Counted from the stretch's first letter, positions 27,655 to 38,516 are shown. The stretch is 64,000 bases of DNA from Salibacteraceae bacterium (GCA_018401875.1 JAGYJZ010000008.1:67090-131089); one strand, 5' to 3'. Notes: generated by a model not told the origin, from the sequence alone. Program-made: numbers and translations.

Positions 27655-28243
27655 ACCCGTTAAACTGAAACCGTTCGATGATTTTCCTCCCGTTTTTTGC
27701 ATGCACCGAAAGGGATTCATCATTGCTTGTATAGGTGAGAATGAACACCACGCCATCGTTCATCTCCATCATCTGCACGAAGTACAAATCCATGCGTTCT
27801 TGTGTAGCAGTGTACGTCAACCAATAGCGCTCATCCTTTTGCTCGATGTTTAAATCCCGCAAGTCAGTCATGTATTGTTCGAGCACATCCTCAGAATTCT
27901 TGACGTAGTCAAACAAAGTCATATTCATGGATGAAATGTCTTCCTTCACTAAATTCACATTCTCTCTAAAAAGGTCATTGTTGTTATCGCGCGGGGAAAA
28001 TAAAATGAAGGTAGTATTCATCCTTCCTGTCACGTCCATCTCCCATTCTTGCGGGGCATACACGGTGTATTCTTTGTGGTCGTATTCTGCCCAGCCATCG
28101 GCACCAATGGTCAATTGTTCGGCTTCCTGAGCGGGAGCAGATTCTTCTAATTCCGTTTCAACTTCTTTGCTTGATTGCTCAGAGCAAGCGCTCATGAATG
28201 CAACCACCACCAACATCGCTATCCATTTCACGTTCATCTTCAT
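27644..28243 (-). CDS. Lipoprotein, PsbP/DcrB-like fold
   Basis: Lipobox MSAC; YAPQEWE, FRENVNLV, FILTYT; start set to MKMNVK just after the upstream stop. Confidence 0.65.
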   Translation of the reverse strand: MKMNVKWIAMLVVVAFMSACSEQSSKEVETELEESAPAQEAEQLTIGADGWAEYDHKEYTVYAPQEWEMDVTGRMNTTFILFSPRDNNNDLFRENVNLVKEDISSMNMTLFDYVKNSEDVLEQYMTDLRDLNIEQKDERYWLTYTATQERMDLYFVQMMEMNDGVVFILTYTSNDESLSVHAKNGRKIIERFQFNGFNL

Positions 28244-28244
28244 T

Positions 28245-28862
28245 TTATTTTTTTGGATCGAAAGGTTTCCAATCCAAGGTTCGTATGAAGGCATCCATTT
28301 CAGATTCAAAACGCCTCAACTCTTTTGGAGCATTAAGACGGTCATACACCCATTGTAGTTCGCTATCGGTTTGTAAAATTGTTAATGTGGACGGCAAATC
28401 AGTGACATTGGCATCGTACACATGATCAAACGAAAAATAACCTGTTTCTAGGGCTTTGTCTTCGATGAACTGCATTTGCGCGGGTGTTAACTGAGTCTCG
28501 TGAAATCCTTCAAAGTCGAAAAATCGTTTTGCTTCGATCACTGCGCGTCCAGCGGTGTCGATGTCGAGGTTATATACCGGACATTGACCATAGCACGCTG
28601 ATCTGTACATGCCAAAATACATCGATGCGGTAATGTATGGACGGTGACGATCAATTTGGGCAGCCTTCAGCGCTATGGAATCTGGAGCGTTGTATTGATC
28701 CTCTGCTTCCTCGGCAATTTCAGTATCGTCTGAAGGAGCAACCGCAGGCGCCACCTCGGTATTCGCAGCTTGTTGATCGTTCTTTTCTGCGCTCTTCTTG
28801 GAATTTTTACATCCAATAAGAAAAACTATAACTGCCAAAGAAAGCGCTGCCCTGACCTTCAT
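28245..28862 (-). CDS. Lipoprotein, DUF6438-like
   Basis: Lipobox LIGC; RSACYGQCPVY, TDLPST. Confidence 0.75.
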   Translation of the reverse strand: MKVRAALSLAVIVFLIGCKNSKKSAEKNDQQAANTEVAPAVAPSDDTEIAEEAEDQYNAPDSIALKAAQIDRHRPYITASMYFGMYRSACYGQCPVYNLDIDTAGRAVIEAKRFFDFEGFHETQLTPAQMQFIEDKALETGYFSFDHVYDANVTDLPSTLTILQTDSELQWVYDRLNAPKELRRFESEMDAFIRTLDWKPFDPKK

Positions 28863-28867
28863 TTGCT

Positions 28868-30760
28868 TTATTTTTTTGGAGATTGGATTCCTCTGTTTTG
28901 AGCCATTTTTTCGAGCCTTTGTTGAAGGCCTGATTTTTTCGTGGGCTTCTTTTTATTCGCTTGAATTTTTGCGTGAATCTTGTCTTCGTCAATGAAGAAT
29001 CGCTTGATAATGAATTGCTGCAACATCGTGATCACGTTGGCAGAAAGGTAATAGTAGCTCAACCCTGACGAATAACTATTAAAGAAGAACAAGAGCATGA
29101 ATGGCATCAAGTAAATCATCATTTTCATCTGTGGCATTTGAGCGTTGGCACCGCCTGACATGTCCATGTTGTATTTCGAGTAGAAGAACGTTGAAATGGC
29201 CATCAAAATGGTGAATAAACTCACGTGGTCGCCATAGAAAGGAATTTCAAAAGGCAGTTGCATGATCGAGTCGTAAGAACTCAAATCTTCTGCCCATAAA
29301 AACGATTCTTGCCTCAGCTCGATGCTCGCGGGAAAGAATCGAAACATGGCGTATAATATCGGCAACTGCAAAAGCATCGGGACACATCCCGCCATCGGAT
29401 TTACGCCCGCTTGGCGATACAAGCCCATCACGGCCTGCTGCTTCTGCATGGCGTCTTTATTTTCGAACTTCTTGTTCAGCTCGTCAATCTCAGGTTTCAA
29501 TACGCGCATTCTGGCGCTGGAAACATAATTTCTCCAAGTAAGAGGAAACAAGAGCAACTTAATAATGATGGTCAAAATCAGGATGATGATTCCGTAGCCC
29601 AAAGTCGTGTATGTCTCAAGGAAATTGAAGATCGGGATCACCAACCAACGGTTTACCCAACCAAAAATGGTCCATCCCAAATCAATTTGATCTTCCAGAC
29701 CAATGCCCATATTGTTGAGGGTTTGGTAGTGGTTTGGACCGATGTAAAATTTAAATGGAACCGATGGGTCGCGTTCATTTCCAAACTCTAAGCCCAACGA
29801 TGCAGAAAGGCCTTTTGTGTATTTTTCATCCGTCAACTCAATGGTTTCCACTGAAGCACCTTCTTTGCTAAACCCTTTATCAGAAATAAGAGCCGCAGAG
29901 AAAAACTGCTGCTTGAAAGCCACCCATTGCACAGATGCTTCGAGCACTTCAGCTTCGTAGCTGGTTTCAGAAACATAATCGGCATCATCGGTCATGTACT
30001 TGTAATACATGGTCGTTTTCATCTGCTCTTGTTCGCGGCTCTTTTCATGAAATGGCGCGTTCATACTCCAATTCAATTCAAACAAATCATCGCTCGAACG
30101 AAGTAAATTATCCATTCCCACCACCGTCACTTCAGCTTGCACCATATAAGATTTGCCTTCTTCGATGGAATAAGTCAATTCTAAATACTGGCTGTTGTTG
30201 TCGCCATAAATGCGATAAACAGCTGTCGATTCTGTCATCTCTCCCGGCACCTCTTCAAAGTAGAGTTCAGCGCTTGAAAGCTCAGTGTTTTGATCGAGCC
30301 AGAACTTTAAATTGAAGGAAGAGGTTTCTTTGTCAAACAGAAACAGCGGCATTGAATCGTAGGTTACATATTCAACCAACTCTGCCGTAACCGGAGCTGC
30401 ACCTTTATTCGAAAGGGTAAACTTGACGAAATCGTTTTGAATGGTATGCAGTTTTTCTTCACCGCTTGCTGCTGCAGCAAAGGATCCAAAGCGTTGCTTG
30501 TTTTTGATTTTGTCTAAGGAATCCTGGAGGGCTTGAGCCACTGAATCAAGTTGCACGTCATTCCGCTTCACAGTATCAGCGGAAGCAATGTTCGCTTCCG
30601 TCATTCGCGCAGCGCGATCTTCAGCTGCCTGCACGGCCGCAATGCTGTCTTGAACGCGGTTTTGAGCTTCAATCTCCTCAGACGATGGTTGCATCCAAAA
30701 GCTATATCCAATCAGAATAGCCCCAATTAAAACCAACCCTGTTAACGTATTTCTATCCAT
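28868..30760 (-). CDS. yidC: Membrane protein insertase YidC
   Basis: MDRNTLTGLVLI, KQQFFS, GVNPMAGCVPMLLQLP, FLWAEDLS. Confidence 0.97.
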   Translation of the reverse strand: MDRNTLTGLVLIGAILIGYSFWMQPSSEEIEAQNRVQDSIAAVQAAEDRAARMTEANIASADTVKRNDVQLDSVAQALQDSLDKIKNKQRFGSFAAAASGEEKLHTIQNDFVKFTLSNKGAAPVTAELVEYVTYDSMPLFLFDKETSSFNLKFWLDQNTELSSAELYFEEVPGEMTESTAVYRIYGDNNSQYLELTYSIEEGKSYMVQAEVTVVGMDNLLRSSDDLFELNWSMNAPFHEKSREQEQMKTTMYYKYMTDDADYVSETSYEAEVLEASVQWVAFKQQFFSAALISDKGFSKEGASVETIELTDEKYTKGLSASLGLEFGNERDPSVPFKFYIGPNHYQTLNNMGIGLEDQIDLGWTIFGWVNRWLVIPIFNFLETYTTLGYGIIILILTIIIKLLLFPLTWRNYVSSARMRVLKPEIDELNKKFENKDAMQKQQAVMGLYRQAGVNPMAGCVPMLLQLPILYAMFRFFPASIELRQESFLWAEDLSSYDSIMQLPFEIPFYGDHVSLFTILMAISTFFYSKYNMDMSGGANAQMPQMKMMIYLMPFMLLFFFNSYSSGLSYYYLSANVITMLQQFIIKRFFIDEDKIHAKIQANKKKPTKKSGLQQRLEKMAQNRGIQSPKK

Positions 30761-30857
30761 TTCTAATGCTCGCTAATTTGAGGCGGCAAAGGTATGTTTT
30801 CACCCTTAGTTGAACATTGATTTCATGGATAAGTGGAAAAGAAGCGCCAAGACTGGA

Positions 30858-30913
30858 AAAAAAAGAACCGAGACGGCATCGAATCTTGCAGATTTCGTGC
30901 CTGTCTCGGTTCA
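30858..30913 (-). terminator. Intrinsic terminator after the M42 peptidase gene
   Basis: GAACCGAGACGGCA...TGCCTGTCTCGGTTC stem with an A-run on the + strand. Confidence 0.65.
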
Positions 30914-30933
30914 AATGAAAAACTGATTTTCAG

Positions 30934-32055
30934 TTATTTAATGTATCTGAAATCGTGGTTGTTTTCAATTTTCAACAACGATTGATAGATCAATCGAATC
31001 ACGCTTTCTACGTCATTGCGATGCACCATTTCAACCGTGGTGTGCATATAGCGCAGCGGCAATGATATCAATGCCGAAGCCACTCCACCCGCGCCAAACG
31101 CAAATGCGTCAGTATCGGTGCCGGTGTATCTGCTGGCAGCCATGCGCTGGAAGTCGATGTTGTTGTCTTTGGCGGCTCCAATGATTAATTTCAACAAGTT
31201 GTTCTGCACCGCGGGCGCATAGCTCAACACAGGGCCATCGCCCGATTTGAAATCGCCTTGCTCGAGTTTGTTCATCATCGGTGTGGTGGTGTCATGACAC
31301 ACATCAGTTACGATGGCTACGTTCGGACGCAAGCGCTCAACGATCATCTCAGCACCGCGCAGGCCAATTTCTTCCTGCACCGAGTTGACGATGTACAATC
31401 CAAACGGCAATTTCTTTTTATTCTCTTTGAGCATGCGTGCCACTTCAGCGATCATGAATCCTCCGATGCGGTTGTCGAGCGCTCGACCCACAAAATGGAC
31501 CTTGTTAAGTACGATAAACTCGTCAGGATAAGTAATCACACAACCAACGTGAACGCCCATTTCTTCGACTTCCTTTTTTGATCGAGCACCGCAGTCTAAC
31601 CAAATGTTTGAAACCTTAGGAATGTCTTCTTTTTCGGATTTGCGCACGTGAATCGCTGGCCAGCCAAACACCGCTGTTACCGGACCTTTGTCTGTATGAA
31701 TGATCACTCGCTTTGAAGGTGCTATCTGGTGGTCAGAACCTCCGTTGCGCTTTACGTAAATCATTCCGTCATCGGTTATGTAGTGCACAAACCATGAAAT
31801 CTCATCGGCATGCGCCTCAATCACCACTTTAAATTCAGCATCAGGATTGATAATGCCCACTGCTGTTCCGTAAGTATCAACGATGTAATCGTCAATGTAA
31901 GGCTTCATGTATTCGAGCCAAATTTTTTGTCCTTCGGCTTCGAATCCTGTGGGCGAAGGGTTATTTAAATACTTTTCTAAAAATTTCATCGATTTGTCCG
32001 TCAACACTTTCGGTGCTGATGCCTTGGCGCTCTTTGCTTTATCTGTCTTTGCCAT
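30934..32055 (-). CDS. M42 family metallopeptidase
   Basis: SPTGFE, AHADEI, ALDNR, VQEEIGLRGA, GTDTD, RYMHT; start set to MAKTDK. Confidence 0.92.
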   Translation of the reverse strand: MAKTDKAKSAKASAPKVLTDKSMKFLEKYLNNPSPTGFEAEGQKIWLEYMKPYIDDYIVDTYGTAVGIINPDAEFKVVIEAHADEISWFVHYITDDGMIYVKRNGGSDHQIAPSKRVIIHTDKGPVTAVFGWPAIHVRKSEKEDIPKVSNIWLDCGARSKKEVEEMGVHVGCVITYPDEFIVLNKVHFVGRALDNRIGGFMIAEVARMLKENKKKLPFGLYIVNSVQEEIGLRGAEMIVERLRPNVAIVTDVCHDTTTPMMNKLEQGDFKSGDGPVLSYAPAVQNNLLKLIIGAAKDNNIDFQRMAASRYTGTDTDAFAFGAGGVASALISLPLRYMHTTVEMVHRNDVESVIRLIYQSLLKIENNHDFRYIK

Positions 32056-32148
32056 ATAATTTTTGAATTGAACTCCGAAAGTAAGAAGCCTCACCGACTT
32101 CTGAACTACTTGCGTTCATATATGTTTAAGTTGCAGATTTGCACACGT

Positions 32149-32331
32149 ATGTTTACCACAGGAAGAATCATTTTTGCCCTTGTATTTGCCGTATCCTTTT
32201 TGGGATATTTGGTTTGGGCGTACCGAAAAGACGCAAAACTTTCGAAAAAATATTACAAGGGCGCAGGCTTTATATTATTGATTCTCATTGGAATATGGTT
32301 ATTGTTTTACGGATTTGTGCGCTTAACCTAA
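32149..32331 (+). CDS. Small two-TM membrane protein
   Basis: MFTTGRIIFALVFAVSFLGYLVWAYRKD...YYKG, a pattern typical of a conserved flavobacterial hypothetical. Confidence 0.7.
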   Translation: MFTTGRIIFALVFAVSFLGYLVWAYRKDAKLSKKYYKGAGFILLILIGIWLLFYGFVRLT

Positions 32332-32363
32332 ACCAAGCGCTAGAATTTCCGTAACCTAGCACT

Positions 32364-33833
32364 GTGTTAAAATCAAGTTTACATCTCGTGCTCATACTTA
32401 TGCTGCTCACCGCTTGTTCGGGACGTGGTGGCGACCGTGATTTGTTGAGCAAGACGAAAAAAACAGCTCCACACCGCGACTTGAAAGAGATCAAAGAAAG
32501 TGGAAGATTGGTGGCACTCACCGATTTTAGCAGTTCAAGCTATTTCATATACAAAGGAATTCCAATGGGTTTTGAATACGACCTCTTGGAGCGTTTCTGC
32601 ACCCATATTGGTGTAGATTTATCCATTGAGGTTGTGGAAGACATGGACAACGTGATCGAAATGCTCAATCAAAACGAAGGCGATGTGATTGCAGCCAATT
32701 ACACTGTAACCAACCAACGAAAAAAAGACGTGCTTTTCACCAAACCCGTGCTTCAAACCAAGCAAGTGTTGGTGCAGCGGCTTCCAGACAAGTGGTGGAC
32801 GCTTACCCGTGATAAACTAAACGAGCGATTGATCAAAACTCCCGTGGGATTGGTTGGAAAAACGGTGTATGTGCGCAGGCACAGTTCGTTTTACACACGG
32901 CTGATCAACTTGATGGACGAATTGGGTGGAGTCATCAACGTGAAGTTTGCTGAAGGCTTGGGCACTGAGCGCTTGATAGAAATGGTTTCTGAAGGCGAAA
33001 TTGATTACACTGTGGCTGACGAAAACATCGCCATTTTGAACAAGGCATATTTACCCAATATTGATATTTCTACTTCATTGAGTTTCACCCAAAACGTAGC
33101 CTGGGCATGCAGAATTTCAAGTCCAGAACTGCTCAAGGCGTTCAACGATTGGTTGGTCAACTTTAAAAAAACTGAAGAATTTGCTGTGATCCACCTGAAG
33201 TATTTCAAGGCGCGCACAAAGCATAAAGAGAAAGTAATGAGCGAGTATTCTTCGCTGAAAGGAGATAAAATCTCGCCTTACGATGAGGTGGTAAAAAAAG
33301 AATCGCAGCGCTTAAAATGGGACTGGAAACTACTCACCGCGATGATCTATCAAGAATCGCAATTTGTGCCTGACGCTAAAGCGTGGACAGGAGCCAGCGG
33401 ATTGATGCAGCTTATTCCGGAAACAGCCGAGCGCTTTGGAGCCGACAGCTTAAGTGGCCCGAACGAAAACATCCATGCGGGTGTATCTTTTCTTATTTCG
33501 CTCAACAGCTTTTGGAAAGACCGGCTGACAGACAGTTTAGAAGTAATCAAATTCTCGTTGGCGTCATACAATGTTGGACTTGGGCATGTGTTAGATGCTG
33601 TGCGCCTCGCTGAGAAGTTTAACAGCGATGCGTCTCAATGGAGCAATGTTTCAAAGTTTTTGGAGTTGAAAGCACAGCCCGAATATTACAAAGATCCTTT
33701 TGTAAGGCACGGATATTGCCGCGGCTCAGAGCCAGTAGAGTATGTGAAAAACATTATTTCGTTGTGGGAACACTACAGCAATTCGCCAATAGCGCAGAAG
33801 AAAACTATTTCTTCATCCAACTTGGCATCGTAG
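32364..33833 (+). CDS. MltF-like lytic transglycosylase (substrate-binding domain plus SLT)
   Basis: PMGFEYDL, YQESQF, GASGLMQL, ASYNVGLGHV, GYCRGSEP. Confidence 0.9.
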   Translation: MLKSSLHLVLILMLLTACSGRGGDRDLLSKTKKTAPHRDLKEIKESGRLVALTDFSSSSYFIYKGIPMGFEYDLLERFCTHIGVDLSIEVVEDMDNVIEMLNQNEGDVIAANYTVTNQRKKDVLFTKPVLQTKQVLVQRLPDKWWTLTRDKLNERLIKTPVGLVGKTVYVRRHSSFYTRLINLMDELGGVINVKFAEGLGTERLIEMVSEGEIDYTVADENIAILNKAYLPNIDISTSLSFTQNVAWACRISSPELLKAFNDWLVNFKKTEEFAVIHLKYFKARTKHKEKVMSEYSSLKGDKISPYDEVVKKESQRLKWDWKLLTAMIYQESQFVPDAKAWTGASGLMQLIPETAERFGADSLSGPNENIHAGVSFLISLNSFWKDRLTDSLEVIKFSLASYNVGLGHVLDAVRLAEKFNSDASQWSNVSKFLELKAQPEYYKDPFVRHGYCRGSEPVEYVKNIISLWEHYSNSPIAQKKTISSSNLAS

Positions 33834-34590
33834 ACGGATCGCGCTCTACCTTTTTCTCTTTCGGTTCTTCGTGAAAGAAATACTTGAAATCAATGGTCAG
33901 GTAATTTCCTGAAAGCTGCAATCCGCCAATATCTTCGAATGTAGCTACAGAGTTTGTGTAAGTGTAATTAATGCTCGTATTATAAATTGGTGCAAAAGGA
34001 CGGTGATACGATGCTCCGAAATAAAAATACCCAGACTCTTCCGTGCGGTACTCAAAACCAATGTTTGCGATCAATCCGGTTTTTAAAAATGCCAACCGCG
34101 AACCAGAATTTGCAAACCCCGTGCGTTGGCTCAATTGATAAAAGTCTCGACTTGAGCCGCTAAACACATCTGAAGGAAACATATCGAGCGCCAAGCCAAA
34201 TGAGGCGTTCATGTAAATTTTGTCAGACAGGCGCACAAACACCAATCCGCTGATTGGAATTTCGTATCCAATGATGCGAAAATTGGTGGTATCAGAAAAA
34301 GCCAATTCTTCGTGAAAAACACTGGCAGAGTAATTTCTGCGCACAAAGCTGATGCCCGATTCTAGCGAAAACCACTTGTTTAAACCAAAGCGCATCACGC
34401 CACCAAAGGCATAACCCAATTCTTGGTTTACGGCATAGTCGACACCGTTCTTCGACAGCTCAGTGATTCCCGCCCGAAATAAATTACTCGGTATGATGGG
34501 CTTCATTTGAAACCCAAAGGTGCTCACCCGCTCTTGCGAGAAGACTTGGGTTGAAAGCGATACCAAAGCAATGAGTAGTAGGTTTTTCAC
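33805..34590 (-). CDS. Outer membrane beta-barrel protein (hypothetical)
   Basis: Signal peptide; alternating aromatic beta-strand pattern. Confidence 0.65.
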   Translation of the reverse strand: MKNLLLIALVSLSTQVFSQERVSTFGFQMKPIIPSNLFRAGITELSKNGVDYAVNQELGYAFGGVMRFGLNKWFSLESGISFVRRNYSASVFHEELAFSDTTNFRIIGYEIPISGLVFVRLSDKIYMNASFGLALDMFPSDVFSGSSRDFYQLSQRTGFANSGSRLAFLKTGLIANIGFEYRTEESGYFYFGASYHRPFAPIYNTSINYTYTNSVATFEDIGGLQLSGNYLTIDFKYFFHEEPKEKKVERDPSTMPSWMKK

Positions 34591-34647
34591 AAGGTCAAAA
34601 GTCGTTATTGTTTGCGAATCACGGCTTCCGCAATTAGAATTTGGACG

Positions 34648-35001
34648 CTAGCCATCGCTTTTCAACGCACCATAAACGGCTAAAAACATGATCACAGCTG
34701 AAATCACAATGACGATCCAACGCATTGGTGCCGTAGGAATAAACTTCTCGCGGTGCTTTCCAATGGCCAAATAATTTAAGCGATCTACTTTTTTCTCTAA
34801 AATTTTTGCCACCCCAAAATACGTGGGCTTTCTGGGGTCGTCTTCATCTACTTGCACTTCAAACTCAATGTTCTCGTCCACTAGGAAAATGGAGAAGGTT
34901 TCTGCTTGCTCCCGTTTCAGAAAACGATACACTACCTTAAATTGGTTGGTGGGATGCGCACGTTTATTGGTAAAATTAAACTGTTCTTCGAGGTCCATCA
35001 T
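34648..35001 (-). CDS. Hypothetical protein with C-terminal TM helix
   Basis: 117 aa, overlaps the stop of the M23 gene. Confidence 0.65.
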   Translation of the reverse strand: MMDLEEQFNFTNKRAHPTNQFKVVYRFLKREQAETFSIFLVDENIEFEVQVDEDDPRKPTYFGVAKILEKKVDRLNYLAIGKHREKFIPTAPMRWIVIVISAVIMFLAVYGALKSDG

Positions 35002-36104
35002 ATCACCCTCAGTCTTTGACCAACATACAGGTACCCGTTGCGCCTGATGCCGTTGAGTTCGGCAATTCGGTAAGTGGTAGTTCCGTAAAGTCGCGCTATT
35101 TCAAATAAATTATCACCGCGCTTAACGGTGTAGATCAAAATGCCCTTGGGGTAAGAGACATACCCATTTTTGGTGCGTTTCAGCATCAATGTGTCGTTTA
35201 CCAAAGCATCTTCATCAAACGAAATAAAGCTGAGTGGGTTCAATGGTTTTCCCTTAAATCGCACTTCATAGTGGAGGTGACTTCCCGTACTGTGTCCTGA
35301 GCTTCCGCCAAGCCCTATCACTTGTCCCGCCTCTACCCGATCGCCTTCTTTCACTTTAAAGCGATGCAAATGGGCATACAATGTTTCCAAACCATTGAAA
35401 TGGCGCACCACCACAACCCTGCCGTAGCCGCCACTAACTCTGGCCACACGCACCACGCCAGCAAAAGACGATACCACCGGATCCCACACTTCAAGGTCGA
35501 TGTCAACGCCATTGTGCATGCGTCCATCGCGCCAGCCAAATTTTGACGTCATTACATTTTTTACAGGCACGTGAAATTCTCCCATGGCTTTATCATCGGT
35601 GAGTAATATGGAAAGTGCTGTATCCTCAGAGCCTAAATTCCATTCGTAAGGATTTGGGGTTCCGACAATCCACGCAGGATAAATCTCATCGGCTGGAATA
35701 GGTTTTTCAATATTTCCGATGTATAAATCCTTCGGGATAACTTCTTCGAACTCTTCAGGCCGATTGGCGAGAAAAATATTGATTTGATTGATCAGTGCAT
35801 AGGGCACCTCATCCGTTTCAAACAAAGAATCGATGTAATGCACCAATTGCTCTTCCGTTTTCGAAGTGAGTGAAATGTATAAATCGAGGTAATTGGTGAA
35901 GGTGCTGGCACCGTGAAACTTCAGCACAGAATCACGCAAATCGCGCACTTGATTATCATTGAGGCCCGTTACTGCATCAAAAAGTAATTCCTCGCCATAC
36001 ATCACCACGGCTGCTATAGTATCTCGCTTGGCATTGGCATCACCGCCTCCTGCAAAGCAAATCGTGCTCCAAGATAGAGCGGTTATAACGGTTAGGATTT
36101 TCAT
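34998..36104 (-). CDS. M23 family peptidase with C-terminal LysM
   Basis: HNGVD, YAHL, STGSHLHYE; LysM YTVKRGDNLFEIA. Confidence 0.92.
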   Translation of the reverse strand: MKILTVITALSWSTICFAGGGDANAKRDTIAAVVMYGEELLFDAVTGLNDNQVRDLRDSVLKFHGASTFTNYLDLYISLTSKTEEQLVHYIDSLFETDEVPYALINQINIFLANRPEEFEEVIPKDLYIGNIEKPIPADEIYPAWIVGTPNPYEWNLGSEDTALSILLTDDKAMGEFHVPVKNVMTSKFGWRDGRMHNGVDIDLEVWDPVVSSFAGVVRVARVSGGYGRVVVVRHFNGLETLYAHLHRFKVKEGDRVEAGQVIGLGGSSGHSTGSHLHYEVRFKGKPLNPLSFISFDEDALVNDTLMLKRTKNGYVSYPKGILIYTVKRGDNLFEIARLYGTTTYRIAELNGIRRNGYLYVGQRLRVI

Positions 36105-36234
36105 TCTTGATGGCGACCAAAAATAAAACAATCATTCACCGAAATGTAAAAAGTCCGAATTCAGATGGATAAAAATGACGCTTTTAGACGAAGGCGCCAT
36201 TAGGCACGATGCACAGGATGTTGAGTTACTTGGA

Positions 36235-36792
36235 TCACAACTTCCATTTGATGTTGCATCCCATGCTCGGCTTTTGATCAATCTTGAGTGTATTACCAGC
36301 AAGAAGCTCATTCAATACATTTCTCAAATCGCTGCCCGTTACGGGTATGTTATTTCCTGGAGTGCTGTCATCCAATCGTCCGCGGTAAACGCATTTCAGC
36401 GCAGCGTCAAACACCATGAAGTCAGGCGTGCATTCGGCTTGATACGCGCGGGCCACTTCTTGCGATTCATCGTACAAATACGGAAAAGGAAAATTCATGT
36501 CTTCGGCCAATTTCTTCATCAAATCGGGAGAATCTTGCGGATAATTTTCAACGTCATTCGAACTGATGGCGATAAAACTGATGCCTTTTAGTCGGTAATC
36601 GTTGGCAAGCTTCACAAGTTGCTCACGCACATGAATCACATACGGACAATGGTTGCAGATAAACATAAACACAGTGGCGCGCTCACCTTTCAAATCTTTG
36701 AGCTGTCTTTCCTCGTTTCGAACCACATCGAGCAACGAAAATTTAGGAGCTTCAAAACCCAGCGCGATCTTTTTTGTTTCTGTTAAAGCCAT
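36235..36792 (-). CDS. Thioredoxin-fold (AhpC/TSA-like) protein
   Basis: FICNHCPYV, YQAECTPDF, YRGRLDD, PSMGCNIKW. Confidence 0.9.
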   Translation of the reverse strand: MALTETKKIALGFEAPKFSLLDVVRNEERQLKDLKGERATVFMFICNHCPYVIHVREQLVKLANDYRLKGISFIAISSNDVENYPQDSPDLMKKLAEDMNFPFPYLYDESQEVARAYQAECTPDFMVFDAALKCVYRGRLDDSTPGNNIPVTGSDLRNVLNELLAGNTLKIDQKPSMGCNIKWKL

Positions 36793-36892
36793 TGAAAAAA
36801 TTTCTTCAAATGTAGTATTCACATTTAGTTAACAAAAATATTCCTGTACATTAAATGTATGTACATATATTTACAACTTAAATAATAAAACC

Positions 36893-37492
36893 ATGAAAAC
36901 TCAAACATTTATTGCAGCACTAGGGCTTGGCATAATCATTATGGCCTTTGCTCCGGTTCAAAAAATTGAAAAACTCAGCATAAAGCCTGAATCAAGTAAA
37001 ATTGAATGGTATGCCGAGAAAGTAACAGGAAAGCACAACGGACTCATAAGTCTAAAAAGTGGAACCATTGAGGTGGCTGACGGTCAACTGAAAGGCGGAT
37101 CATTTGTGGTTGACATGACCTCCATTGAGGTGACTGACCTCGAAGGAGAATACAAGCAAAAATTGGAAGGCCACTTAAATTCTGCTGATTTCTTCAATAC
37201 GGAAGTCCACAAAACGGCTCAGTTTGTCATCACTGGAGTGAAACCAACATCAGAGGGAATATACAATTCAATCATTAACGGAACGCTCACCATTAAAGGC
37301 ATATCTCATCCCATAAATTTCCCTGCAAAAGTTGAAACTGCCGAAGGCAAATTTGCTGCGTACGGTGAAATGGCGATCGATCGTTCAAAATATGATGTTC
37401 GCTATGGCTCAAACAGCTTTTTCGACAACCTAGGCGACAAAGCGATCTATGACGAATTCACCATGAAAGTGAGCTTGGGCGCAAAGCTCTAA
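36893..37492 (+). CDS. YceI family protein
   Basis: KVTGKHNG, LEGHLNSADFF, GTLTIKG, IDRSKYDVRYGS. Confidence 0.92.
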   Translation: MKTQTFIAALGLGIIIMAFAPVQKIEKLSIKPESSKIEWYAEKVTGKHNGLISLKSGTIEVADGQLKGGSFVVDMTSIEVTDLEGEYKQKLEGHLNSADFFNTEVHKTAQFVITGVKPTSEGIYNSIINGTLTIKGISHPINFPAKVETAEGKFAAYGEMAIDRSKYDVRYGSNSFFDNLGDKAIYDEFTMKVSLGAKL

Positions 37493-37517
37493 GCCTTTTT
37501 TTTTAGATTTGATCTTG

Positions 37518-37548
37518 AGCCTCTTCGATGTTTCGGAGAGGCTTTTTT
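37518..37548 (+). terminator. Intrinsic terminator after yceI
   Basis: AGCCTCTTCGA-tgtt-TCGGAGAGGCT plus T-run. Confidence 0.8.
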
Positions 37549-37615
37549 TGTCCCTATCTTTCTTTGTTCGTTCGCTTATTATCACCAACTTTGATTTGCA
37601 TCAATTCTAAAATAC

Positions 37616-38461
37616 ATGAAACGATTTATACTCTTATTTGCTACCATAGTCTTCATCATTGGTTGCGGAAAAGTTAAAGAAGAAAACGAAGCATTCACAG
37701 AAGTTGCAGAAGATTATGCCTTAGCTGAAGGGCTTTGGGACGACTTGGGCGAACAAGTAGAGGGCAGTGCTGAAAATGTGGAAGCCAAAGAAACCACATG
37801 GTAAACATGTGCAGTAATCACTGTTGATACCATCGGCTCACCATTTCCAATGAATGTTACTGTTGATTTTGGAGAGATAGGATGCGTTGGAAGAGATGGA
37901 AAGACGCGCACTGGACAAATCAATTATACGCTCTCGGGCTGGTATCGAGAAGAAGGAAGCACCTTCACTACCTCCACATCCAATTACACAGTGGATGATT
38001 ATTTGCTCAAGGGAAATCGAACAGTAACCAATAATGGCAACAATGCGAATGACCAACTACAATTTAGTGTTGAAGTAACTGCTGCAAGCATCACAGACCC
38101 TAACGGAGAAATAATGAGCTGGGAATCGTCAAGAACCCGAACGTGGATAAATGGCCAAGAAACCGGCTTCTTTACTTCCAATGGAGATGGCGGATTTCTT
38201 GGGTGGGAAGGAATTACTGATGACAAATATGAAATTGACGGCACTGCCGAAGGAATTACCAGAAGTGGAAAATCTTTTATAGTAGAAATTACCTCCTCAC
38301 TGCGTGTCGAGCTCGACTGCAATTGGATTACACAAGGCATTTTGTCACTAACAACCGAAGATTATGACCCTCGCACGCTCGATTATGGGGATGGAAGTTG
38401 CGATAACAAAGCTCTATTGAGTACCAATAGAAAGGATAAAGAAATTACACTTCGAGGTTGA
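37616..38461 (+). pseudogene. Lipoprotein interrupted by in-frame TAA (37802-37804); paralog of 60455..61321
   Basis: ORFs 37616 and 37850 share a frame; lipobox IIGC; VDFG..GC...DGKTRTG and LDYGDGSCDN motifs. Confidence 0.75.
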
Positions 38462-38516
38462 CATTAGGCCACTCCATGCGCTGTGTCAGCGCATTCATGT
38501 TATTGTTGTTATCACA

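Noticed and set aside
36845..36875. TACATT-A-AATGTA palindrome upstream of yceI as an operator
   Set aside because: Single AT-rich instance with no adjacent regulator; too weak to call
23411..38461. Stop-codon reassignment or Sec/Pyl recoding to explain the in-frame stops
   Set aside because: The two stops differ (TAG, TAA); TAA, TAG and TGA all end ordinary genes here; neither falls on a catalytic Cys
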